This document shows positions 19,439 through 27,986 of a stretch of DNA of 64,000 nucleotides, piece after piece. Source of the DNA: a virus; the IMG/VR virus record IMGVR_UViG_3300045988_117041, one strand, 5' to 3'. The translations under genes were made by a program, and so were the position numbers. The notes below the pieces were generated by a model that was not told the DNA's origin, ran no database searches, and was given only the letters and a program-made list of their open reading frames with translations. Position 1 is the stretch's first letter, and the number at the start of each line of letters is the position of its first letter.

Positions 19439-22400
19439 GGCAGACGAATATCTTGAATACCTCTATGGTAGACTTCCCACACAATGGAGGTTATTAGACC
19501 AAGAAGAAGGTCTTCCTCTGTACAATTATCTTAAAGTGATTGTGTACGGAGGACTTGAAAAGAATATAGACCTTGCGAACAAGTTTACAGAACTGACAGA
19601 CCCGGTTAGGTGTCCTAGTCCGTTCTTTCCTACGTTATACGAATCCATAGGACTTAAGTATGACTGGGGAATCAGTGAAGTATATCAAAGACGTGTGTTC
19701 CAGAATATCGGTGAGTTAATGCGGCGTAGAGGTTCCTATAACTCAATCAGATATTTAATCCGTGTGTTGACTGGAATGGAGTGTAACCTTGACTACCAGA
19801 GAAATCCGGTAAAGAACTATGAGAACACAGACCTTGTAGCGTTCCAAGGATATAATAAAGGTGATATTACCGTCCTTGAAATGAAAGGTGAGACGACACA
19901 GGACACCACTGAGGGTTATAATGTACTTGATATAGTAGGTAAAACTGCTACAAGTGGTGATTGTCGTGTTAAAGTGTACGATAATGGTGTAATGCAAGTA
20001 ACTGGAACCCTTTTATCAGACAGTTCAGATATGTACATTAGTAATAACTACACTGCCGAGGAAAAGAAAAAACTTAAACCGGGAATATACACTTTAATAG
20101 GAGGTAATAAAGTATATCCAACACCTTTTTTTAAGTTTAGCAATGGTGAAGGTTTTATAGAAATAAAAAATAATACTAACACGACAATGGACGTAACACA
20201 GCGTATGTTAGACGCTGATTATAATGTTGTGTCTGGTGTGTGGGGTGGAAGAGGTGTCAAAGTAGTTCCGGGGTTATGTAGACCTTATGTAGTGTGTGAT
20301 AGTGATAATCCTAATATATTCGACCATTGGGCGTTAAAGATATATGATAAGGCTACCTACACAATACAGAATAACTATGGCTTCACCGTAGTAGGAAATC
20401 CAGTATCATTTGATATGGTGCCAACTAAGAGATTTTCAGAGTATGCGGGGAAGACATTGTACATTAGTGGTGAGATAGTTAGTGAGACAACTACCGCGGG
20501 CGTTCACACAGAAGTGTCTATAAACCACTATGACGGCACTGCATGGCAAGGTAGTAGTATCAAGTTAGGTGTTGGTAAGTTTAGAAACGTTGCATACACT
20601 GTACCAATGACAGCAGAAGGTTCCTATACACGTCTGATATTTAGACCTAGAAATGGCACCATGGTGTTAAATAATATCCGGGTTACTGAAAAACCTTACG
20701 TTGATGATAACAAAGTAAGTACAGGTGTTCAATTAATAAATTCGGATATGTTACCTAGTGTAAATAACAACGGTGTTACGATAAATAACAACGGTGATGG
20801 TAGTTTTACAGTCAAAGGTACTGCTACAGGATATATTACCAGTATCTATAATCTATCCTTATCACCCGGAACTTACTGTGTAAGCGGAAGGAAAAATAAT
20901 ACTCAATTTTTTATTCGTGTTAGCAAAGACGGTCAGAATTATGTCAATTATACCAATTCTTTTGAGATAAAGGGTGACGAAGCCTGGGTGAAAGCCTTTA
21001 TCCAAGTAGACAAGGGTAAGACAGCAAATGACACGATATGGCCTATGCTTAATACAGGTTCCGTAGCAAAACCATGGGAACCATTCACCTATGGTATTCC
21101 AGTGAAAGGACACGTAACACCAACGGAACCGTTTGAACCTTATTCAAAAAGTGTACCCTCACCGAGTATAGAGTTTAGACAGCCGTTCCATAATGTAGGA
21201 GACCCGGTAAATTTAATCAAGCTGAGATTATCGTCCAGAACGTCAAACGGTATAACTTATACCAACAACGGTGATGGAACATTCAGTATTACAGGTACTA
21301 ATACACTCGCCGCAGAAAACACCACTTTCAGAATAGACCAGACAGATGGTAATACGTCTGATATAACCACTTACGAGCCGGGTTATTATTCAATGCATTT
21401 TGAAGTGCTGGAAGGGGATAACACATCAGAAGAAATAGGTCTTGCGCTGTACTCACCCGGCATGAATAAGACATACGTGAGTGAAGCAACAACACCTATG
21501 TACGTGAGTGAGACAATCAAAGATGGAACTATAGTCCTTATCGTTAAAGGTGGTAAGACTGTAAATTCCAGAATAAGAGTACAGCTACAGAAGGGGTGTT
21601 TCTGTACAGACTGGAAACCTTATTCAGAAGGTGGTGTATACGAGTTCATCACCAGTAAGGGAAGACGTAACCTGTTATCACACACCAACATGGGTTACTA
21701 CGGTTTTTACGCAACACAGTATTCACGTTTGGAACGTGCGCAGACCCCTACTGATAAAAACGCTGTAAAAGCAATATGCACTAAAGCGGGACAGAATTAC
21801 GGTATAAGAAACAGGGTACCAGACTTTAAGGCAAACACCATTAAACCAAACACTATATATCAAGTGTCTTTTGATTACTACTTAAGCACAAACAACAATG
21901 TAGAGCTAAGGTGTGATTTACAGCGTGACGAAGATTGGGTCAAAGTTGTAGAATTTAATGCTAAGGCTACAGAAGTACAGAAGTGGAATAGTGTAGAATT
22001 TAATGCTAAGGCTACAGACTTTTTACAGATAAACACTGATTTAATATTGACCTTATATGTAAGTAGTGGCAGTAATGCTGTAGGTGATTATATCACCATT
22101 CAGAATCTACAGTTACACGAAACAGACTTACCTAACGAGTGGGTGCCAGCGTTAGAAGACCAGACAGCAGGAACACCAAACAATGATGATGTACAGTTAT
22201 TTGACGCGTCACAGTTACGTCCTTTACACACAGATAAAACTACTGTGACAGTGGCAAGTAATGTTATCACCATAACCACTACAGAAGCGTGGGGTGGTGC
22301 TAAGTACGAAATCACAGAGTTAGTGAAAGGCAGAGAAGTATTTATAAGTGGTGTTAAGAAGTCTGTAACGCCCGGTAGTACAGGAGAAACCGCACTGCAA

Positions 22401-23450
22401 GTTAAAATCACTAAAGCAGATGGCACCAAGTCATATACCTCAGAGGGACACAGTGTTGTAGTGGAAGACGATATTAAGTCTGCTATCGTTGAATTAGTAA
22501 CTAACAATACCGGGTCAGACTTAGAAGCACCTAAAACGGCTACTTTCACTGATGTAATGTTGAACTTTGGTAACAGAGCATACCCATGGAGACCTTATGA
22601 CCCGTCCACTGCAATAATACCAAAACCGGAACCAGTGAGTGATTATATCCAGCGGGCAATGATTAATTTAACAGCACCTTTAAGAAGTTGTGGACTAATC
22701 AATCCTGTACGTGATAGAATTGTAAGGACAGGTACTAAAGACGCGTACAAGTGGAAAGTGCATAGACGTGTAGGTGTTCAAGTATTAAATGGTACTGAGA
22801 GTTGGGAAGTGTCTTTCGTGCAAGGTAGTTATATCCGTTTCGCGTTGATTAACAATGACCTGTACGATATTGCGGGGCCAAGAATGTGTGATGGTCTTCC
22901 TTATGAATCAGTGTATGACAACACTATGACACATGAGTGTGTACACAGCAGTTTAGAGGACGGGCGAATAGGAATAACAATCCTTTTAAGCAGATTAGCA
23001 ACGTCTGATGTAGCCGGGTTTAAATCGTGGCTGACAAGTAATAATCTGACCGTGTTATATGGTAAAGCACAGATTGACTATGAAGACCTGGACGCAACGT
23101 CACAAAGACAACTGAGTGCGATAGAGGCATATAACAGCGAACACACAACCTATATGTATACAATGGACAGTGTGAACCCGGATTTACTCGTAGAATACAC
23201 AGGCTTTGGACGTTATCTGTTTATTGCAATGTTGGCGGCGGATATAGAACAGTTAAGGAATATGGACAATAGTGTTAAACTCGTAGAGAGGTTCTTAACA
23301 CAGTTCGTACCGTACTATATAACACCTGTAGTAAGTGGTGAAGTTTCACAGCAAGAAATAACAGGTACACACCATATGGGTGTTATTGTCACTGAATCAA
23401 AGATATACACACTTGTACAGTACAGGTCAGATAACCTAACACCACAGTAA
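19425..23450 (+). CDS. Giant baseplate/tail-fibre protein (gpI-like N-terminus plus repeated beta-sandwich-type modules)
   Basis: About 1340 aa. TTG 19425 lies 8 nt after AGGAGG. Position matches gpI/XkdU. Contains repeated NNGDG(S/T)F..GT modules. Confidence 0.6.
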   Translation: MSRIKADEYLEYLYGRLPTQWRLLDQEEGLPLYNYLKVIVYGGLEKNIDLANKFTELTDPVRCPSPFFPTLYESIGLKYDWGISEVYQRRVFQNIGELMRRRGSYNSIRYLIRVLTGMECNLDYQRNPVKNYENTDLVAFQGYNKGDITVLEMKGETTQDTTEGYNVLDIVGKTATSGDCRVKVYDNGVMQVTGTLLSDSSDMYISNNYTAEEKKKLKPGIYTLIGGNKVYPTPFFKFSNGEGFIEIKNNTNTTMDVTQRMLDADYNVVSGVWGGRGVKVVPGLCRPYVVCDSDNPNIFDHWALKIYDKATYTIQNNYGFTVVGNPVSFDMVPTKRFSEYAGKTLYISGEIVSETTTAGVHTEVSINHYDGTAWQGSSIKLGVGKFRNVAYTVPMTAEGSYTRLIFRPRNGTMVLNNIRVTEKPYVDDNKVSTGVQLINSDMLPSVNNNGVTINNNGDGSFTVKGTATGYITSIYNLSLSPGTYCVSGRKNNTQFFIRVSKDGQNYVNYTNSFEIKGDEAWVKAFIQVDKGKTANDTIWPMLNTGSVAKPWEPFTYGIPVKGHVTPTEPFEPYSKSVPSPSIEFRQPFHNVGDPVNLIKLRLSSRTSNGITYTNNGDGTFSITGTNTLAAENTTFRIDQTDGNTSDITTYEPGYYSMHFEVLEGDNTSEEIGLALYSPGMNKTYVSEATTPMYVSETIKDGTIVLIVKGGKTVNSRIRVQLQKGCFCTDWKPYSEGGVYEFITSKGRRNLLSHTNMGYYGFYATQYSRLERAQTPTDKNAVKAICTKAGQNYGIRNRVPDFKANTIKPNTIYQVSFDYYLSTNNNVELRCDLQRDEDWVKVVEFNAKATEVQKWNSVEFNAKATDFLQINTDLILTLYVSSGSNAVGDYITIQNLQLHETDLPNEWVPALEDQTAGTPNNDDVQLFDASQLRPLHTDKTTVTVASNVITITTTEAWGGAKYEITELVKGREVFISGVKKSVTPGSTGETALQVKITKADGTKSYTSEGHSVVVEDDIKSAIVELVTNNTGSDLEAPKTATFTDVMLNFGNRAYPWRPYDPSTAIIPKPEPVSDYIQRAMINLTAPLRSCGLINPVRDRIVRTGTKDAYKWKVHRRVGVQVLNGTESWEVSFVQGSYIRFALINNDLYDIAGPRMCDGLPYESVYDNTMTHECVHSSLEDGRIGITILLSRLATSDVAGFKSWLTSNNLTVLYGKAQIDYEDLDATSQRQLSAIEAYNSEHTTYMYTMDSVNPDLLVEYTGFGRYLFIAMLAADIEQLRNMDNSVKLVERFLTQFVPYYITPVVSGEVSQQEITGTHHMGVIVTESKIYTLVQYRSDNLTPQ

Positions 23451-23469
23451 AGAAAGGAGCGGTAAATAA

Positions 23470-24405
23470 ATGGCAACATGGAGAACAGACTGTACGTTCA
23501 TTACTAATGAGGGGTTAGCTTTAATAGCAAAACTCGCGTTAGGTGACAAGCAGTTAGAATTAACAAGGTCTGCCTTTGGTAGTGGTAGAGTACCAGAAGC
23601 TATGCTGGCAAGACAGACAGCCTTAACAGACGAGGTGAAAAACCTCGTCTTCACTGATAAGAGAGTGGTAGATAACAGCACCGTGATACAGACACAGCTA
23701 ACCAATGAAGGTGTTACCGCACAGACAAACATCAACCAGTTAGGGTATTTTGCAAATGACCCGGATAAAGGTGAGATACTCTATCTGATAACACAGTGTG
23801 ACCAGGACACAGCAGATAAGTTACCAGCGTATGCAGATACTCCTACGGTGCTGTCCTACAGCATACAGTTATTCCACGAAAATGGTGTGCAGATAAATGC
23901 TACTGTAGACCTTGCCGGGTATGTAAATAATATGCGGTTTAATGAGTATAAAGCCGAGGTAACAGAGACACTTAATAACTACGTGTTGAAGACCGGGACG
24001 CTTAACCTTAACACCGTGGAGTTTAGTATGGCTTCAAGTAAGGTTCTGCCCGTATCCGCAGAAACGTTACCAAATATTATCGGTAAGATAACAAAATACC
24101 TCCATGATTGGGAGCGGTCATATTTAATGACCCTACCAGCCAGAGGCTGGGCCGGTTCCGCTGATTCCGGGTGGACACAGCGGATAAGGGTAAGTGGTAT
24201 AGATAACACCACAGATGAATATAAATTCTACAGGACAATACCAGATGACGTGAACACACCGGCACTTGCAAAGACCTATAAGAAGTCTGCCGGGTTTGTT
24301 GATGAAATGTACCCTGTGAACGTGAGTGGCACAGTGTATGTAGAAGCAAAGTGTTGGAACAAAGTTCCTACAGTAAACCTTGTGTTTACACTAGAAGGGA
24401 GGTAA
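23470..24405 (+). CDS. Tail fibre protein (P2 gpH-type N-terminal domain)
   Basis: N-terminus ITNEGLALIAKLALGDKQLELTRSAFGSG resembles the tail-collar fibre N-terminal domain. Confidence 0.5.
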   Translation: MATWRTDCTFITNEGLALIAKLALGDKQLELTRSAFGSGRVPEAMLARQTALTDEVKNLVFTDKRVVDNSTVIQTQLTNEGVTAQTNINQLGYFANDPDKGEILYLITQCDQDTADKLPAYADTPTVLSYSIQLFHENGVQINATVDLAGYVNNMRFNEYKAEVTETLNNYVLKTGTLNLNTVEFSMASSKVLPVSAETLPNIIGKITKYLHDWERSYLMTLPARGWAGSADSGWTQRIRVSGIDNTTDEYKFYRTIPDDVNTPALAKTYKKSAGFVDEMYPVNVSGTVYVEAKCWNKVPTVNLVFTLEGR

Positions 24406-24410
24406 TCATT

Positions 24411-25544
24411 ATGAAGTATATAAATGCGTCTGGCGGTGGTGGAGGTGGTACTGGTTCTGATGATGTGACAGCACTCAACAAACACGTACTGGAACCGTAC
24501 ACAGCAGTAACAAAAGAGAGTGATGATGACCCCGCAAAAGGAACTATGAAGAATTTAGTAGACCGGGCCACAATAACGCACACATCAGATAATGCAACAA
24601 AGGTGTTGTTAGCAGATGAAGCCTATATAGCAGAAAACTCAGATGGTGTTAGACGTGTTGAGTTACGTTACAACGGTGATGAAGGTTTTATAAAGACTAA
24701 CACATTAGTTGCATACCCAGAATCACAAGCAGGAGCAAAGTTTGGTATTACAGCAGACAAGATAGCAAACGGTCAAGTAGTGTTGGGAATGACCGGGACG
24801 TATAAAGGTTTAGGTAATGCTACAGCCGCACAAGTCCTTAGTGGTTATTCGTTTTCTTCTGCCGCTTTAAGTAATGCCTCTGGTTCTATGCCAGATAGAG
24901 GTGCATGGGGTGCGACACTTGCAATCAACGGCAGTGTTACAATACCTGCCGGGTATCACAATGGTTCTGGACGAATAACACAAAGTATTGCCACAAAAGG
25001 AGCAACCACTATAACACCCATGTCTGCACAGCAGACAGCCGTAAGTGCTGGCACCTATTGTAGTGGCAATATAATCGTTGCTGGGAACGGCAACTTTGTA
25101 GCAGGAAACATTAAAAAGGGAGTAAACATCTGGGGTGTGGTAGGAACTTTTGAAGGTTGGGTACCTACACCACAGGACTGGTATTACAACGGTGTAAACA
25201 CCTATGGAGTAGACTGTAATAGTACATACTTCCGATTTGAGAATACCCGCATATACTGTTTTTCTACTTCGTCTTCTAGGGTAAATAGTATCCAATTCAG
25301 AAGAGCCTACAACGTACAATCGTATTCAAGACTTAATTTTAATGGACATTTTATAAGTAACGCGGCGACTATTAGAGTAGACTTAGAAGGAAGTAATATA
25401 GGCACCACAGTTACTAATGTACCAAATGGAGCGGGTTCTTTTAGTATTGATATATCACAGATATCCTCTTTTTCTGGTTCAGAAGCCCTATGGATACGTG
25501 ACCTTAAAGGAGGTCTGTTCTTTAATAGAATATCACTATCTTAG
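24411..25544 (+). CDS. Tail fibre / receptor-binding protein with a switchable C-terminal tip (expressed orientation)
   Basis: ATG 24411 follows GGGAGG. Contains a Gly run, SGGGGGGTGS. The 26-bp repeat at 25142-25167 lies inside the coding frame. Confidence 0.65.
   Translation: MKYINASGGGGGGTGSDDVTALNKHVLEPYTAVTKESDDDPAKGTMKNLVDRATITHTSDNATKVLLADEAYIAENSDGVRRVELRYNGDEGFIKTNTLVAYPESQAGAKFGITADKIANGQVVLGMTGTYKGLGNATAAQVLSGYSFSSAALSNASGSMPDRGAWGATLAINGSVTIPAGYHNGSGRITQSIATKGATTITPMSAQQTAVSAGTYCSGNIIVAGNGNFVAGNIKKGVNIWGVVGTFEGWVPTPQDWYYNGVNTYGVDCNSTYFRFENTRIYCFSTSSSRVNSIQFRRAYNVQSYSRLNFNGHFISNAATIRVDLEGSNIGTTVTNVPNGAGSFSIDISQISSFSGSEALWIRDLKGGLFFNRISLS
25142..25167. repeat. Left inverted repeat (IR-L) of the invertible fibre segment
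   Basis: AGGAACTTTTGAAGGTTGGGTACCTA. It is the exact reverse complement of 26081-26106. Confidence 0.95.
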
Positions 25545-25583
25545 ACCTTTGCTTTTGAAGGTTGTGGTATCCATTACGTAAGT

Positions 25584-25646
25584 GTTTATTAATTAATCTC
25601 CATCTGTGTTGGTATCTACCATGCAAGTGGAGATTAATTAATAAAC
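25584..25646. terminator. Central perfect 19-bp hairpin between the two convergent fibre tips
   Basis: GTTTATTAATTAATCTCCA (25584-25602) pairs perfectly with TGGAGATTAATTAATAAAC (25628-25646), with a 25-nt loop. Confidence 0.5.
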
Positions 25647-25682
25647 GTCCATATTTTAATAACACACCCCAAAAGTTATAGG

Positions 25683-26129
25683 CTATTCTACATAGATGTG
25701 ATAAATCATTAGTTGGTTATTTGGGGCATACCAATTTGAGACAATTAACTCAAAAATTGAGGTTTGATGAAATGCGGATATATCTGTAACTATAAAGGTA
25801 TCATCTTTATTGATAACGAAGTTATTGTAGTTTGCTATCTCTACACCATTAAGTTTTTCAATAAAGTTAAATTTACCGATTGTGTCGGCGGACGTACATC
25901 TTGTCCTTATACAAAGTTTATTAAATGGAGAAAAATTAAATGCAGAACTTGCAGTTAATCTTACACCCGTTTTATACGGAATATTTAGTAGGATACACCC
26001 ACTCTCAAATGTCACACCTTGTCCGCTAGTTACGTGTAGACCTACTACGTTATTACCCATCTTGTATAAGTCCCAAGAGCTAGGTACCCAACCTTCAAAA
26101 GTTCCTGTAATAGGGACTAGAAATGTGAC
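25683..26129 (-). CDS. Silent alternative tail-fibre C-terminal cassette (no start codon of its own upstream of the repeat)
   Basis: Minus-strand frame is open from 26129 to 25683 and reads VTFLVPITGTFEGWVPSSWDLYKMGNNVV...HIYVE. It passes through IR-R in the same phase as the fibre gene. Confidence 0.6.
   Translation of the reverse strand, partial: VTFLVPITGTFEGWVPSSWDLYKMGNNVVGLHVTSGQGVTFESGCILLNIPYKTGVRLTASSAFNFSPFNKLCIRTRCTSADTIGKFNFIEKLNGVEIANYNNFVINKDDTFIVTDISAFHQTSIFELIVSNWYAPNNQLMIYHIYVE
26081..26106. repeat. Right inverted repeat (IR-R) of the invertible fibre segment
   Basis: TAGGTACCCAACCTTCAAAAGTTCCT, the reverse complement of IR-L. Identity stops abruptly on both sides. Confidence 0.95.
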
Positions 26130-26146
26130 TTAGAGTGTGGTATAAT
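26118..26146 (+). promoter_or_regulatory. Extended -10 promoter just outside IR-R
   Basis: TAGAAA, 17-nt spacer, TGgTATAAT (26138-26146). Confidence 0.45.
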
Positions 26147-26176
26147 GAAAGACATATGAGAAAGGAGGTTACAGCC

Positions 26177-26590
26177 ATGGACGGTGACGATATCGTAAAA
26201 GTAGTAGAAGGTGAGCCGATAGTGACAGACCCCTTAGACATATGGGTGTTAGACGACCCCGCCAGAAACGGTCACGGTGAAATAGTGTGTTTAAGAGAAA
26301 ATTCCACAGGTGATGATTCCTTGACACACTACGTCATAGACCAGTCGCAAATGTTTGCGGGAAAGTGTGATGATTATATCTTAGGTTACTGTTACGAAGT
26401 GACGAAAGACAAAGACGGGAAAGTGTTACAGACCAGTGTGTATCCCTACAAAGACTGGGAGACACTGAACACTATTCAGAGACTTTGGGAAGAATCACAG
26501 CGCAACAAAAGAAATCTGGATATGACAAGTGAAACACTCGTTGACCTTGACTACAGACAGACAATGATGGAGTTAGGTCTTACACCATAA
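26177..26590 (+). CDS. Hypothetical protein in the XkdW position
   Basis: ATG 26177 lies 7 nt after AAAGGAGG. Sits between the fibre genes and the XkdX-like ORF. Confidence 0.4.
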   Translation: MDGDDIVKVVEGEPIVTDPLDIWVLDDPARNGHGEIVCLRENSTGDDSLTHYVIDQSQMFAGKCDDYILGYCYEVTKDKDGKVLQTSVYPYKDWETLNTIQRLWEESQRNKRNLDMTSETLVDLDYRQTMMELGLTP

Positions 26591-26611
26591 TATGAGGAAG
26601 GAGGTCTAAAA

Positions 26612-26797
26612 ATGCCGAGTGAAGTTACCTACAAGAATTGCAAGACATTGTATATCTTGCGCAAGGAGAGTGGAGGTCTTACTGCTCAGTTTGTGGAACA
26701 GCAGAGCAATATCCTTGACACATTTTTAATGGCAGGACGTATCACTGAGGAACAGTACACAGAACTGAACGGTATTCTCGCAAATACAGCACAGTAA
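26612..26797 (+). CDS. XkdX-like small protein
   Basis: 61 aa. The C-terminal motif GRITEEQYTELNG resembles the XkdX family. Confidence 0.45.
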   Translation: MPSEVTYKNCKTLYILRKESGGLTAQFVEQQSNILDTFLMAGRITEEQYTELNGILANTAQ

Positions 26798-26815
26798 AGA
26801 CAGGAGGAAGGAACA

Positions 26816-27049
26816 ATGAAGTTAAGACCCAATATCAACAAAGGCTATGTCAATGCGGGGCCTGGAACACCAGATAAGAAACCTGGAACTGGTGTTGATG
26901 TGAAATCAACTCACGTTGCAAAAGACCCTTACACTGGTAGTAAGAATCCCGGTAAGGGAAAAGACGAACCGAACCATATCGAAGCTGGCCCTGGGGACGA
27001 ACAGAAAAGACCCGGCACAGGCAAACCGAAAAAGCCCGTAAAGAAATAA
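26816..27049 (+). CDS. Hypothetical Pro/Gly/Lys-rich protein with an internal repeat
   Basis: 77 aa. GPGTPDKKPGTG and GPGDEQKRPGTG form an internal repeat. Strong SD. Confidence 0.5.
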   Translation: MKLRPNINKGYVNAGPGTPDKKPGTGVDVKSTHVAKDPYTGSKNPGKGKDEPNHIEAGPGDEQKRPGTGKPKKPVKK

Positions 27050-27108
27050 AAGACGGTCTCATACAAAATACAAAGACGTGGAGGACACGTAAACCAGTAT
27101 AAAGCGAG

Positions 27109-27489
27109 GTGATAAAGTTGATACAAATGGAAACGTTAATCACAATTATTTCCTTGATTGTAGCTGGTGTGTCTTGTATAGGCGGCCTTTACTTTAATAC
27201 TCGTAATTCCAGCAAAGCTGACACAGACCGGGTGATTGAAGAAGCAAAAAAGGACGCTAAGTTGGAAGTAAAAATGGAGGAAGTTGTAAGGAGCAATGCT
27301 CAGTTGTCCGCTGACGTTAAATCGTTACTATCTGAATTTCAGAAGACCAGTGAAAGAATGACATTAAATGAATCGTCTATAAAGTCTTTACACAAGCGCG
27401 TTGATTACCTTTTCGATAAGATGGGTATTGACCGCCGAATAACAGACACGGTGCCGGACAATAAAGACAGTTTAGGAGGTGTAAAGTAA
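27109..27489 (+). CDS. Membrane-anchored coiled-coil lysis accessory protein (XhlA position)
   Basis: N-terminal TM segment LITIISLIVAGVSCIGGLYF followed by a coiled coil. The start is ambiguous (GTG 27109, TTG 27118 or ATG 27127). Confidence 0.5.
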   Translation: MIKLIQMETLITIISLIVAGVSCIGGLYFNTRNSSKADTDRVIEEAKKDAKLEVKMEEVVRSNAQLSADVKSLLSEFQKTSERMTLNESSIKSLHKRVDYLFDKMGIDRRITDTVPDNKDSLGGVK

Positions 27490-27490
27490 A

Positions 27491-27766
27491 ATGCAGACAC
27501 AGGATTTAGGACAATTCATTGTCGAGAATAAGCAGATTATCGTTCCTGTAGTGTACGTGTTAGGTATGTTCCTTAAGAAAACACCGAAAGTCCTTGATTG
27601 GATTATTCCGTGGATTCTTTTAGCAGTGTGCATTGCACTGTCTATTGGAATTGACCTGTATACACCAGAACCGATTAATTTTGCGGTAGCAATCATGCAG
27701 GGTATTCTCTGTGCGGGTGAAGCTGTCCTGGTTAATCAGTTAATCAAGCAGACGAAAAACAAATAA
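27491..27766 (+). CDS. Holin
   Basis: 91 aa with 2-3 predicted TM segments and a charged C-terminus KQTKNK. Lies upstream of the endolysin. Confidence 0.65.
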   Translation: MQTQDLGQFIVENKQIIVPVVYVLGMFLKKTPKVLDWIIPWILLAVCIALSIGIDLYTPEPINFAVAIMQGILCAGEAVLVNQLIKQTKNK

Positions 27767-27770
27767 GCCG

Positions 27771-27803
27771 AAAGACCTGTACAGAAATGTATGGGTCTTT
27801 TAT
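27771..27803 (+). terminator. Possible hairpin terminator/attenuator after the holin
   Basis: AAAGACC pairs with GGTCTTT around a 16-nt loop, followed by TTA. Confidence 0.3.
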
Positions 27804-27819
27804 GTTAGGGGTGTTGTTT

Positions 27820-27972
27820 ATGAAAATCGTATGTAACAAGAACTGTAGAAAGTGCGGAAAATTAAACGCAAAGACAGACGATAAAGGTTATCCATGGGCG
27901 TGGGAGTGCTTGAAATTTAATGAGCGCATACCACAGGAGAGATTAGAACGTTCAAAGACATTTGTAAGATAA
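27820..27972 (+). CDS. Small Cys-rich protein
   Basis: 50 aa, MKIVCNKNCRKCGK...WECLKF. ATG 27820 follows AGGGG. The track start at 27787 lies inside the hairpin. Confidence 0.4.
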   Translation: MKIVCNKNCRKCGKLNAKTDDKGYPWAWECLKFNERIPQERLERSKTFVR

Positions 27973-27986
27973 GGAGAGTGTGTTTA

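Larger units (their letters stand above)
25142..26106. mobile_element. Putative invertible DNA segment (tail-fibre tip switch)
   Basis: Perfect 26-bp inverted repeats sit in the same codon phase on both strands. Two alternative C-terminal cassettes converge on a central hairpin. Confidence 0.65.

Noticed and set aside
24411-26129. A diversity-generating retroelement as the explanation for the fibre-tip variability.
   Set aside because: No reverse transcriptase ORF is present and there is no template/variable direct-repeat pair. The only repeat is a short, perfect inverted repeat.
25764-26133. Plus-strand ORFs 25764-25958 and 25882-26133 inside the invertible segment.
   Set aside because: They overlap the minus-strand alternative fibre cassette, lack SD sequences and have implausible composition. 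The minus-strand frame, which is in phase with the inverted repeat, is the better explanation.
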